Shown here one piece after another: positions 50,261-63,885 of a stretch of DNA of 64,000 bases. Location: NCBI RefSeq assembly GCF_009834535.1, contig NC_045696.1:37574001-37638000 (forward strand), read 5' to 3'. Position 1 is the stretch's first letter. Each line of letters begins with the position of its first letter. The translations under genes were made by a program, and so were the position numbers. The stretch is from Camelus ferus (lineage: Eukaryota). The notes below the pieces were generated by a model. The model did not search any database. It saw nothing but the letters and a program-made list of their open reading frames with translations, and was not told the origin of the DNA.

Positions 50261-51351
50261 ATTAAATATTTCACCAAATTTATTGAAATGATGTGTATGG
50301 ACACCATGAAATTCTACAGAAGAATATTCCCTTTTGAGACTATCCTTCTGTCAAGCCACACTACATAATGTTAAAGAGATAGTATGATTCAGAGTGAGAG
50401 ATAGAAAGCAAAAGAGAAAAAATTAGGTGGTTTTACTACCCTCAATGATTAAACAGTTCCAAAGTAAACATAGAGTTAGAATTGTGGACCTGCTTTTTTT
50501 CTGATGATTCTGCAAATGTCATGTACCAATAGTAAATTTAATATTAACAGTCCAAACATTTTGAAAAAATATTAAACATAAACATAAGTTAACTATTAAA
50601 TCTAATACATTAAAATGGCAAGTTATAATTCTTGAGGCCCCAGTGGCCTTTGTATGTTAACACTGAATAAATTGCTCTTAGCAAGTAGCATAAATGTGGT
50701 CATAAATTATCAATCCATATCATCAAGTGCTTCAAAATTCACTAAGGCACAGACCCAAGAGTATTACAAAACTTTACAGAAGGGTGAAATACCTTTAAAA
50801 ATAACTGGAATACATGAACTTTAAACATTTGCCTATCACTGGCAACATGTTGCAAGAAAATATTCTCACCACTCACAAATTTTCCAAGCCATTCAGAGAG
50901 GGACAGACAGGCTTTGGCTCAAAGCAGGTATAAATAATTATAACAAAATTTCAAACTACTACTTTGTATACCCATAAAAAAACTCTATGTGTAATTTATG
51001 TGTTTCTACCTATAAATTTTCCTACTGGAATATTATGTGCTGACTTTGTTCTCTATTACCCAACGAGTGAATAGATTTAAAAAAAAATAACGCTTTACTA
51101 TACCATGGTATACGTCTGTGCAAGCACACTCCTAGGTCTATAAAAAGACTTTCCAAAAAGGTACCAGAGCATGAAGACTTTTATGGGAATCCTTTTCCAT
51201 ATCTTCAGTTTCTATGTGTATGCTATTCTTAACAGTATTTGCCTGAGAAGGCCCTGCATGAGGCAATTTCTCTGCCGTGACCATGTAAATCACAACCTAA
51301 TTAGACATTTTCTTACACTGAAATTGAATTATATTATGCTGCCCTTTGCTA

Positions 51352-51540
51352 GAGTGGCCTGCTAATTGGGTACATGATTTTTGTTTTCATTATCCTAGGT
51401 GATGAAAATGTTCTAAAATCAGATCATGGTGATGGTTGCTCAACTCTGTAAATACACTCATCGTCACTGAATTGTGTAATTTAAATAGGTGAACTTTGTG
51501 GTATGAAAGTTACATCTCAATAAAACTGTTAAAAACAAAC
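51352..51540 (+). mobile_element. L1MB-like 3' end
   Basis: ggtgatgaaaatgttctaaaatcagatcatggtgatggttgctcaactctgtaaatacact...acatctcaataaaactgttaaaaa. Confidence 0.85.
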
Positions 51541-53790
51541 CTAACAAAAAAACAAACAGATGAACAAACAAAGTGTTCAGGACACCTAACAGAGTAAAAA
51601 ATGGAAAATGCTGAAAAAAATTAATGACTCTAAAGATTAGGTAACAGATTTATCAGTAGATCAAAATTTCCCATTTTCATTTTTATTTTATTTTATTTTG
51701 TTTATACCAACAAATTAAAGGACATAATTAAGTTGTCAAGTAACAGATTGTTATAATTTTCATGATAAATCACTGTTTCTTGGCATATTACTCAGAAGGA
51801 AGTCAAAGCACTGAATGACATTTTTAAATTTTAAAAAACCCAGAAACTTCCTTTTACAGCTGTCTCTTTGATTTGAATATATTTAATATAGAATTGTAAA
51901 TCTCACCTATTTCATTTAAAAATCTATTTCCAGTCAGAATTTACCTTTTGTGCTTTATAATTATTCATCAAAACATATAATACATTTAGATTGTTCAGAT
52001 AAATGTGTGTAAAATAATTCTAATAATAAGAAAAAAATACAACTCTGAGATTTAGGTAGTTCTTACAGGGAAATAAAGTAGGGTGATCAATAAAAGAATT
52101 TGAAGCATAAAATAGATTAAAATAAATTCCTTGGGAAAAGTAGAGTAGAATTATAAATTCAATAAAAAAAGTAATGAAGTTAAATATTGCCTCTCAGAAA
52201 CAACATTATTCATCTATTTTTAAAATAGACTAGGTTAATATCAAATCTCTGCTATATTTTGATCCCATAAAATGTATTTTAAATAGTCACAAATGAGTTT
52301 ATTTTTAAATATCCACACTATAAACTGGGAATTATAGGCTTTGCAATTATATAAATGAATAAAATAATATTATAATTAATATGATTACACATAAAGAAAA
52401 TTGTGTGAGAAAGTGAAAGTTATTTTAGGTAGAAGGCATACAAAAAAATCTAAAGTATCCTGTTTCCTTTTTACCATTGAGACATTTACCTATGTCTTCA
52501 GAAATTCATCTTTTAAGTAATATACCTCCAAAAAATAAGATATTATAATTATTCTTTATATATCATTTTAACCAGTATAACCATTAACCCCAAAGATTTT
52601 TCAATATTTTTTCAATAATGTCCAGAAGTTATTTATAAATTGATGTTGGTTTTTCAGTCTTGTATTCTACATTTTACTTTGTCTCATTTATTATTTAAAT
52701 CTAAATGTCTAACATAACTCCTTTCTAAAGCCAGCAAAACAAATTAAAACATTTCAGAAAGTAACAGTTTTTCTTATAATCTGATTTTCTCATTCTAATT
52801 TTCAAGTTTAAAAGGACAAGGCTTTTAATAAAATTATAATTACATGCTTCTTTTCAAATGCCATTAAATTTCTTTTACATACATCTGTGATAGGCTTTTT
52901 TCATTTTTTAATACATGTCTTACTGAAAATGTTTGTAATCAGTATTAAAATATTAATTACCCCTTTATTGGTGTATATATCTTCCTAAATGCTATCAAAT
53001 TCAATTCATTGTATTTTAGTTTAATGGCACAGATCATTCATAGTTTAATACAAATTGCTTCCTTAGTCATTGGCCTTTTAACTATACTTACTCTTGCTTT
53101 CCTACTTCAATTTTGGGATATACAGATAAGTAGATAAGAGTGTTTTTGTGTTATAAATTTTCTTTGCATATTTTAGGGAATATGAAATAATGAACAGACA
53201 GATGCTATACCTAACTAATAATTCTGAATCACTTCTGAGAATTGAATGCTTAGTTAACATGTGATATCATTATGAAAGCTTTGAGTTTCAAAAATCTGGA
53301 TATTTTTTAATCTACTGCTTATAATCCTTCCAAAATCAGAAAAAGATATCATTTAGCATTTAATTTTTGGCTGAATATTAAAAGTATAAATTATTTATAT
53401 ACAGAATAAAATTTGTGTTGGATTATTGAGATGAAGATGAATTTGCAAGTAATATGTTTCCAAAATCCCAAAGATATTTTTAAACCAATTAGTAAAATCA
53501 AACAAAAATGTGAATGCATAGCTACCTAATTATATTCCAAATTCAGAAAAAATAACTTCACTATTTAATAATGAGACTGATGTGCTACCTACTGTACTAA
53601 TGAGGCACCTTAATAATCAAAATAATGCATCAAGGTCAATCAAAATTCATCCTATCTTAATTCTTCCTTGAAGTTACCTAGATAGAGAGACTAGATAACT
53701 TCAGAGCCATGTGTGTCTACTTTGGGGCTGTTCATTTGTAAACTATTAGTCTTAAATTTGTCATGCGCAGTTGACACCAAATGAGAGCAG

Positions 53791-53834
53791 GACCAATGTA
53801 GACTTGAAAATGACCAATGTAGACTTGAAAATGA
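53791..53834. repeat. Perfect 21-bp tandem duplication (gaccaatgtagacttgaaaat x2)
   Basis: Directly visible. Confidence 0.95.
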
Positions 53835-54476
53835 GTATCCTTGGTGTGGAACCACTATCTATCATTCTTCATACTATTACTTATGGGTCCCATCTCTTAT
53901 GAATTCTGACTCTATGACTCACTTTCCTCTTTACAACCTGTTTTTTTTTTTTTTTTTACCTCAAATCCAACTCTGAGCACCAGTTTTCTCCTTGCATTCT
54001 TTAATTTCCTCATTGATCATGGTCCACTTTATTTTACTCTGCTATTTGATGAAGTCAACGTGAACACTGTCTAAAGCAGTTCCAGGAGCCCATCACTCAG
54101 TGAGGTTCTGACAACATCTATGCTAGGCTCCAGCCAGCCCCACCAATATCAGTCAGACCTTTATTGCCTTCTTTGGATAAATGTGCCTGTGTGCATTAAT
54201 TCAACCAATTAGGAAGCCTAATTTGTACAAGAAATGTCCTAGACTTTCAACAAGAAATTAAAACTTTGTAACAGAGCTCAAAGGCAAAGCTGAAGATAGC
54301 CTTTTCCTTAAACTTTCCTGTATCCAGGGAACAACAGGAAGACTATAATCAAGGGCTGACTGAAGACTGAGTCACACCTGTCTGTTTAACTTAGTGGTGT
54401 TGGGAAACACAGGATCATTGTGTTAGTGAAACACTTTCATATAATTAAACTGATTTATACAACAGAGCCACCTTAC

Positions 54477-54487
54477 CTTGCTTCCAT
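54477..54487 (-). CDS. Candidate first coding segment ATG GAA GCA AG (MEAR)
   Basis: GTTATGG Kozak context, in-frame upstream TAA, strong donor CAAG|gtaagg. Its phase-2 end matches the 46807-46856 exon. Confidence 0.3.
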
Positions 54488-54709
54488 AACATTGCACTTA
54501 CATTGTTAAATTTTAAAACACCATCAAAAATGACAATTCCATTAGAAAGTAAAATTTTTGTATGGATTCAGTGCCTTTCAGACTTTAAACTAGATTTCAG
54601 ATTAATTAATAATATATAAAAAACTTTAAAGAATGATCACAATTTTATTATAAAGAAAACTGTAATTTGCTGTATTTAAGAGAAAAATGGACACTATTAG
54701 TACAAGGCC

Positions 54710-57700
54710 AGTTCTTCCAAGCTCTGCAACCAGGACACAGAAAGCTGGGAAGAATGTTGTTCCCAACTTACAATGAAAACGATGTTCCACTGTTCATTGA
54801 GCAGTCAGGCTGTACCACAGAACAGAATATAACAAAAGCATGTCCATGGTTCAAAGGCAGATAAATGCCACCCAGGGGAGAAACAAATTATCTGAGGTCA
54901 CTGAAAACAGACAATATTCATATCAGGCTCAAGAGGTATAGGGTTAACTTAACAGCAAAATGGAGAGAGAGTTGGTGCACAAGACTCAGCCCCCTGCCAT
55001 TGCAGGTCCTCCATGACCAGTGCATCCCTTCTGCAGTCAAGCACTTTACTTTCTGCTGCACTGGAGGCACCCCTCCTGCCAAGGGGTCTGAAATACAGAA
55101 AGCTGCAGGAGTGCCTAAGGGCCCCTGGTCTGTACTTAAGCAAAACAAAGGAGAACATATTGAGTCTGAAATAGGGGATAAACCCAATACAGGCTGTGAG
55201 GGCTCTCTATCTCCAAGTTAGAAATGCTCTGAACCCAAATCCAGCAGCCAGCAAACAGACATGCTTGACTGTCTTTCCCAATAGATGTGGACCAAATTTA
55301 AAATCACAACTTTTCAAACCAATTGAAGACCTAATATTGTAGAAACACAAAAGGGCCCAAGGACAAAAGAAACTGTGCCTTCAGGGAGAAAGCAAACATG
55401 ATCATGTGCTCATCTGGGGTAAACATACATGTTGTGGCTAAGAAGAGTTTGCCAGAAGAGCTAACACTTGAAGGACAAGTGTGTTCCAGACCGGTCACCT
55501 TCTGTATGGACCCCACTGGGTGCTCCAGGAATGAATGGAAAAAAACCCTAAGATGTATCACTGATGGTCACCTGGGTTAGAGAAATGACAGCTGTGCTGG
55601 GGGAGCAACAAAGCACTTACACAAATCTACTTCATTTGTCTCTACTATGAAATAAGTCTTTGAGAGGTGAGCAATGGGAGACAATAAGCATTTCTGCCTT
55701 TAGGGTATTGATGAAAGCTTGTCCTAACTGGGGAGATGGGAACCACATGGGGATGATTAAGACCCCCATTTAAAGGGAGAATCACCTGCTGAGCCCTTTG
55801 AGCAGTGCAAGTGAATTGAGAAGGCCATCTCCCTTGATAAAAAGGACAGGGTGCATGCCTAAGAGCTGAGGTTTAATCAATACAACTAAGACTGTCGCAC
55901 TCTCCACTATCATCCTCACACCAAGCTAACAAACTCTGAAAAATAAATAATAATAGAATATGACTGGGATACAGACAAGAGAGAAACAAGAGCATGCAGA
56001 GAAAAACTCTCTGAGGCACAGGGCAAAGACCTAAAACTCAGAAGGCACAGACACTGCTCTGAGAAACCAACTCTTGTCCTACACACAAATTATTTCCAAA
56101 GGATTTCTGAAACCTAAGGAGCAATAAAGTTTACCATAACAACAACAAAGTCAAACCCCCCACAACTTCTGGGTGGATTAATTCAAATGCCTCATCTAAA
56201 GGCCTTCTAGAAGAAAAGGCTTGCTCACTTTCAGGGATCAAAACTATCGACCTCAGTATTATGGTTCTATACAAGATGTCTGGCTTTCAACTTCCAGAAA
56301 CAACATCAGATAGTACAAGTTACATAAAAAGGCAAAATATATCTATACATACTCAGAAAATACACAGTAAGGGTCAAAATCAGTCTCATGAATGATACGT
56401 ATGTTAAAAATTCTGACAGAAGTAAAGATATGACACAAAATGCATTGATTGATACATTAAAAATTGATATTGGAGTTAGTGAAAATTTCAAAAAGTAACT
56501 TTTGGTATGTGAAAGACAGTGTTAAGAGAATGAAAAGCAAGTAACAGACTGGGATAAAATATTTGCTCATTTTGTTTATGACAAAGGTCTTATATTCAGA
56601 AAATTTAAAAAATTCCCAAAACTCAAGAATATACAAACAAAAAATTTTCTAAATGGGCAAAAGATCTGGATAGACACTTCACTAAAAAAGATACACAGAT
56701 GGTAAATAAGTTTATAAAAGTATATTCAATATAATTAATTATCACAAAAATAAAATTTTACATTACAGTGAGATACCACTACACATCTATTGGAATGTTT
56801 AAAATCAGACTACACTGGCAACACCATGTACTGGAGAGGATGCCGAGCAAACGAGAGTCTCATACAATGCTGCTGACAGCTGTGAAACTGATACAGTTGC
56901 TTTAGAAAACAATTGGGTAGTTTCTTATAAAGTTGTGTATGTACCTATATGTGACCTAGTGATCCTGCAAGGTATCTACCCTAGAGAAAATAATACATAT
57001 ACTCACATGAAAATTATAGCAGTTTATTCATAATCATCAAAATTGGAAACAATACAGGTAGTCTTCAAAAGGTAAATAAATACTATGGAATAAACTCTTG
57101 ATCCATGCAACAACAAAGATGAATTCTGAATGCATTTTGATAAATGAAAGAAACCAAACCCAAAGGCTACATATTGCAAGATTCCACTCATATGACCCTT
57201 TGAAAAAGGAAAAACTGTAGGCAGGAAAATTAACTGGTTTCTCAGGGTTGAGGAGATGGTTTGCCTATAAAGGGATAACATGAGTGAAAAAATTGTTCTG
57301 TATAAAACCACAGTGTTGGACACATGACTATGCATTTGTCAAAAACTTTACAACTGTACACAGTTGTATTTTATTGTGTGTATTTTTGTATGTATTTTTT
57401 AAATTAAGCAGACGTGTCTGCAACATAGGGGAAGATGGAAAGCAGACTGTAACTGAGTCTAATTATATTACAAATGAATAACATAACTACAGTGACGTAA
57501 TTGGGAAGAAAAGTGTTGACCTCAGTAGTTTTGGAAAATGATATTTTTACTGCATACTGTAAGGCTAAAGTTAAAAGCAACCATACAACTACATTGTACT
57601 TTAATTACTGCTTAATTGGTATATTTTTGAATAAATATGTAAATATACTGTAGGTTAAAAAACAATCAGAAGAGGATGCTACAAATAAAGGCAAAAGCTA

Positions 57701-58890
57701 GAATGATCCCTGTAGGGTAAGAATGGAGTTGATACCAACATTGAGACATTTCTTAAAAACATATATACAGACAAATAAATTCAGGAAAAAAATAGTGCAT
57801 GAATGTGTGTGCATGAGTTGGTATATATATTCTAGCTTTATCCACTGAAATGGAGACTAGAAATGGTGACACTTCAGTACTAATGAGCACATCAAGCATC
57901 CAGAAATTGGTTTCCAACACCATTTTCCAAGAAAAGGAAGCAAGGCTCCTTGGAAAACTGGGTGGTTTCAGGGTGGGAGAGGGAATATATGAGTCTGGAG
58001 CAGCTGGTGGTACCAAAAAGTCAGGAAGTACTTTAAAACAAAACGAAACAAAAGGATAGGGCTTGTTGGCCTATTGAAAGGGCAGAGGGGTCAATGTGAA
58101 AGGGTCTCCAATGACCAAAGTTGGGGCAACTCAAGCAACTAAACAACAATGGTATTATATAATAACCCAATAAACAAAACAAATACCCAAGTCCATACTG
58201 ATATAAATGAATAAAAGAATCAGTCATGGGAGAGAAATGACAACTCCTCCTTTAAAAACACTTTCAAATAGTGAATGTATAAGAAAGTTAAAATTGGTGG
58301 ATAGACGTTTAAGCAGAAGGAGGATTTTTGCAGAGACTCAAAATATCTCCCCCGAAATGTATACAATGACGTTTGTAATGTAGTAAGTTTGCAATGAAGA
58401 TCCTGGCAGACACCACCCTAGCCAAGTGACTGAGGTTGTCACCACAAGTAATATACACTCACATACATTATGGACTCAAACATGATGCGACGAGAGGGAC
58501 TACTGCTTCTACTCTATTTTTCCAAATAATGAATGACCTCAACCTAAGCATGAGAAAACACCAGGCAAACCCAAATTGAAGGACATTCTAAAAAATAACT
58601 GACGAATAATATTCAAAGCATCAGAGTAACGACAAGGAGAGACTGAAGAAGTATCACAGATAAGAAGAGACTAAGAAGAGAGTTGAATGAAATGTGGAAT
58701 CCTGTATTGGACCCAGGGAAAAAAAAAGGATATTTAGTGTAGAAACAGCTGAAATCTAAATAACTTCTCAACTTTAGCTAACATCATAATACCAAGAACA
58801 AAGTCTTTATTTTAATGAATGTTCTATGATAATAATGTTAATATAAGGGGAAGCTGAGTAAAGGGTATTTGAGAACTCAGTGTAAAACTA
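54710..58890 (+). mobile_element. Old L1 (L1MC/MD-like) with 5' UTR and ORF1 start joined to ORF2 end and long 3' UTR (large internal deletion)
   Basis: ORF1-start-like caagatgtctggctttcaac...atgttaaaaattctgacaga (to about 56420), then late ORF2 gaaagacagtgttaagagaatgaaaagcaagtaacagactggga, then L1MC3-type 3' UTR (caccattttccaagaaaaggaagcaaggctccttggaaaa). Confidence 0.75.
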
Positions 58891-60254
58891 TTCAGCAATG
58901 GTCTGATTCATACATATATGAAGAATGTTGAAAAAAGTTTGTGTGTATGTGAGTGTGTCTGTGTGTATGATTATTGCTTTTGAAATCATGTAAGGATGGA
59001 ATTAATTACTTAAGGAACATAACATTTATTCAAATAATTTTAAGTGCTAAAGAATAATGTAGAAAATCTTGTCTAAGTTTCTTTTATTCATGTTTATTTA
59101 TGATAATACAATTATGAGCTTCAGACTGAATGAGGATATAGACTAGCTGAAAATATCCCTGAATACTAGGAGACAGTAAAGGGATAGGAAATTTACAAAC
59201 TAAACATACAGTGCTAGTACATATGTGCTAATAGTACATGTAATACTAATGCACAATAATTTGGAATTATTATTGGCTCTGTATCTGAGAATGATTGGTG
59301 CACAATGGACCAGTGTTGACCCAGGATAGGCACTGGTATTAGTTTCAAAAGGAGCTTAAAAAAATTAAACAAAGCATACAGCCTAATATTATAAACATAA
59401 CAATAGAGTGGACTCTATTTGTTAAAGTCGTTTGACATGTTGTTATATAAACATCTACATTAACAAATCTTACATAAGAGCCAAACAAGCAATAAATTCC
59501 AACAAAAACAAGTGAACAATGACAAAAACAAAAAAAGAATGTCTTGTGTTTTCAGCAAGAATCCTGAACTGTATTTTAATTAACCTTGATCAAGTCACAC
59601 AATCCTTAGCTATGGTTTTTGCTGACACTAAGTCACTTTATATTTTGAAGCATCTCTACATGTATTAATCTGACTTTATGAATCACACTTCATAATGCAC
59701 TTAGACATGTCAGCCCAGGCATGTAATGCCTAATTCACACTTCACTCACTTGGTAACAGTTGGTTTCAGCCTTATGACTAACAGTCCACCATGCATGAAT
59801 AAATGCCACACAATTCACACTCTGTTCTGTCTCATTGCTTAATTATCTAAACACAATGAAAAGGGACAATGTGTTGAAATCTACAAAATATGAATTTAAT
59901 ACAAAACATTTGGATGATCTTATTCTTTAGGAATGGGTATTTGCTGATGGGTATTTGAAAAACCACAAATGAAATACTTTGATATTAAGATTCAAAGAAG
60001 TAAAGTGAATATGAAATATTTCATACAGGAAAATCAGATATGATCAAAATCTTGGATTTAATCACAAGAGGGATTCATAAAAAGTTGGAATCCTATTTCT
60101 GGGAACAGAATTCATAGTTTTATCTTTATGGATAAATTCAGCAAATTCTAGTGTGATTAGATACCAACAGTAAGATTTATAGGCCACTTTAGATGTGCTG
60201 GGCATGGGGTATCTTTTTTTTTTCCTCCCCTCAGAGCTACATTAAGAGGTAAAT

Positions 60255-60390
60255 ACCTTTATTGTCCTTACATTAGAGACAATAAACAGACATATAGCCA
60301 GGGGTCTCAAGTTGGTGAAGGGCAGAACCAGGATGTGTACAAACAGTGACTAAATATCTTCCTCTGAACATCTCCCCGCTGCACTGTCTC
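60255..60390 (-). mobile_element. Degenerate MIR fragment
   Basis: gccaggggtctcaagttggtgaagggcagaaccaggatgtgtac. Confidence 0.35.
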
Positions 60391-62546
60391 TGCACAAGTG
60401 AAAGGAGCAATGAAGCAAGAGGCGATGCTGTGGGAGGCCAATTCTACAGAACCACAGATAATGTTGCTTTTGTAACCATGCTGAGAAACTTCTTGTTCAC
60501 AGTAAGTTTAGACATATCTTATTTTCTTCTTACACTTTAGTTTTTCATATTTTAACTGAAAATTTTATCGAATTGAATTCACTTTGGTTTAAAATATGAG
60601 AAAGAGTATGTATTTTTTTCACCAAATGCTAAAATCATTTATAAATAATTAACTTCCCCAAGGAAGGTCAAAAAAACAAGACAAGATAACATGAATTAAG
60701 ATAGCAATAAGTTCTTTAGTTCAAATTTTATAAAGCATTCAAAACAGCTTTATTTTATAAACTAATACAAACAATCTTGTTCATGGATAAACCTGTTTAA
60801 CTGCCTCAATAGTTTTAGAAGCAGTCAGTAAGTAATAATTTCATGAACCTTTTACTATTATCCCAAAACAATTGTTCAGGACATCACAGCTGTGCAAAGT
60901 TGCCCTCTCCTTGAAATTTAGAGACTGAATTAGAATTGTGTTTTTGAAGTTAAATCTTTGTATAAATATATGAGCATTTTTATTAAAAATATTACATAAA
61001 GTCACTAAGTCGAGAGTAATTTCAGATGTCCTCATGGATATTATTTTTAGAAAGGTATTCTTTAAATATTTCATAAAATATATTTATTTTCATTACACAG
61101 AATTTCAAAAAATGGAGTTGACTTTCACTGGAGAGAGTTGCTACACAGAAATTTAAAATATTTTAGTTGAATCATGATCCATCTCACTGAAGTAGAATTT
61201 TCCTTAACATTGGGCTTGGTTATTTAGATAAATGAGGGGCATTGGTTGAAATTTAAATACTGATGATGAAATAGTTGTATTTAGTCATTAAATATAGTTA
61301 TTTAGCTGTCTTCAGTGTAAAAGCTAGGCTTTAATAATTTTAAAAACCACTGGAATAAACATGTTTCTAAAGAGAATGTGGAATCTAGGAAATGAAACTC
61401 TATGTAAGTCAGATTCCTTTCATCTCTCTATAGCACTGGCAAATTGTTTTTTGTTTTCAGTTACCTGTAATGGTAGCATTTAAATTAGTATAATTCTGTT
61501 TAAATGTTCACCATAGCTCATAATTTTATAAAACAAGAAAACAATAAAAACATGATAAAAGTGAGATTGTTTTAGGTAAATTTTAAATAAATTAAAAGTT
61601 GAAGATTGCTAGGTAGGCAACTAATATTTTTACCAAATGATGATATTTATTTGGATTTTCAGCCTTTGGTTATGATTAACTAAAATGAAAGTCAGGCCAA
61701 AAAATTTTGGTGAGTAAAGCTATCTGTGAATTTAAGGTGATGATCACTAACGTAAAAATCACAGTCTTCTTGTTTATGGAATTTTATTCTGTATATTGGG
61801 GAATGTACAATCTCTAGAAAAGAATATCAAACATTGGCATATTAATAGCTCTCACTTTAATTTTGCACTTGTTATAATAATTTCCACTTTTGTTGTAAGT
61901 TAATTTACAAACCCATCTTATATAACACAAAAAAGATTCAATTATGATATTTACCAGAAAGAAGTCAATATATGAAATATAAGGAAAAAATCATGCTTTA
62001 AGTCTACGTGGAGTTACTCAAAATTTGTGAGTCTCAATATGTGATATATAAATAAAATTTTATAACAATTATTATTTCAATTCTAATTGAGAAGTATTAT
62101 AAATATGGGCAAAATATAACTCTCATCTTTGAGAAAAATTCATTATTCCTTTCAATCAAACCTCTTTAAAAATATTTATCAAGAAAATAATAAATACATA
62201 TAACACTTCAAGGTTAAGATGTGCTTATTTGGCATAAAGTTTGAAAGTTCATTTAAAATCAAAACAGTATTATAAAATTAAAATGTAGTAATTTCTAAAG
62301 ATTAACATTTTTAAAATGTTACTATTGGTATTTGATGATACTTTGTAAGTAAAGTTCAAATGAGGTTATTAATTTAATACCACAATGTGAAAACACACAA
62401 ACTCCCACTGACGTATCTAATTACTTTTACTTCTATAGATTTTTATTATATTGCATATATAAGTAAGAAATTGGACAATGAGATATGTCTTCACTGTAAT
62501 TTAGAAAGTTTTAAAAGTATGTAACAACCTTTTCCTATTTTCAAGA

Positions 62547-62577
62547 TGTATTACAAACTGTATTACAAACTGTATTA
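62547..62577. repeat. 12-bp tandem repeat (tgtattacaaac x2.6)
   Basis: Directly visible. Confidence 0.85.
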
Positions 62578-62624
62578 TACAAATCAAATTATACCTGTTC
62601 CTAAATTTACTGTCAAGACTGGAA

Positions 62625-62780
62625 CTTACATAATGGTATCATGGTTAAAGTTTGATCTCCAAAATCCTGAGTTTATCACTTACTAGATGTTACTTGATGT
62701 TTCTACTGACTTTATCATTTATTAAATATCATAATAAGCATACTACCTTATGAAGCACCATGTAGAATACTGAAATACAA
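62625..62780 (+). mobile_element. MIR SINE
   Basis: catggttaaag...tcacttactagatgttacttg...tcatttattaaatatcataataagcatactaccttatga. Confidence 0.55.
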
Positions 62781-63349
62781 GTACCTAATTATAATACTGA
62801 ATGTTAGGTGGTTTCTGAGCAGAGGTGAAGAGACAAAGACTGATAGTGATGATATTGGTGGTAGTGGAGGAAACCCAAATGAAAGTTGTGAGATAAAGTT
62901 TGAAGAATGGACTGATAGATCCAATGGATAATGTGTATAAAGGGGTATGTTAAACTGTGCCTGTGTGTGTAAGTGCACTGGAATTTTCCTATATATATAT
63001 ACATGCATAACTGCTCTCTGAAAGAGGCAATAATTAATTATCAAGAAATGCTGTTCAACTCTTGTAAGTATCTTGCCTGCAGCTTTAATAATCTCAGCTG
63101 ATCTTTCTTCAAACTAGGTCCCTTTTTCCTAAAATCCATATAATTCACATACCTACATTTTTACCATTATTTTAGAGATAAATTTAGACAGTTATTTTTA
63201 GAAGAAAAGTTATGGTTAATAAAATCACATATATATTCCACTGTAATTCAATGGACGGATGTGTGTGCCAAAGTAAGTAATGTTAAACTGCACGAATATA
63301 ATTACAGTAAAGAACTATGATGCCTAGGTTGAGAAAGTTGACAGTCTTT

Positions 63350-63885
63350 CAGTACTGGATGTTTCATTACCTGCTGATCCCGTATCTGTTACTGAGCATT
63401 ACCTCAACTATATCCCTTCTGCCAATGTGAGTCTGTGCCTACCTCCACCCCACTAGGTTTCAGCTCATTGGACCAGATTTTCTCTCTCCTGGGAGTCTGG
63501 AAATGGAACACTATGATAAACAACTAGTTTATCTATAAAAAGGCAAAGCAGTATGTTCACATGGACTCAGGTACAAAAGTACCATTTGGAAACACATGAT
63601 CAGTGAGTAGCCAAAAGAAAGAATTAAGTGGAAAAAAAGACGAAAAGAGCTGATGATCTGAAGTGGGATAAGAATAAAAACATAAGAACAAAACAAAAGA
63701 AATAAAAAGACCATGAATCCAAAATTTGATGGTATTGCAGTACCACTATTTCCAGCTCTGGTGACCACAAGACCTTGATAACCAATTTATCCCCTTAGTG
63801 GTGACTGACTATTAGATTACCTGTTGTCTTGAAATATATCCCTGTTTACTTGAGCTACTTGAGGGCATTTTTATTCTTTGTCAAT
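63350..63885 (+). mobile_element. ERVL LTR (LTR33-like)
   Basis: ccagattttctctctcctgggagtctggaaatggaac...atccctgtttacttgagctacttgagggcatttttattctttgtcaa. Confidence 0.45.

Noticed and set aside
54667..55580. Cluster of overlapping 60-118 aa ORFs
   Set aside because: They lie in the comparatively GC-richer L1 5' UTR, where stops are rarer, and show no recognisable domain.
60430..60480. CCAAT box plus an RFX X-box-like gttgcttttgtaac as a promoter
   Set aside because: Imperfect motif, no CpG island and no other support.
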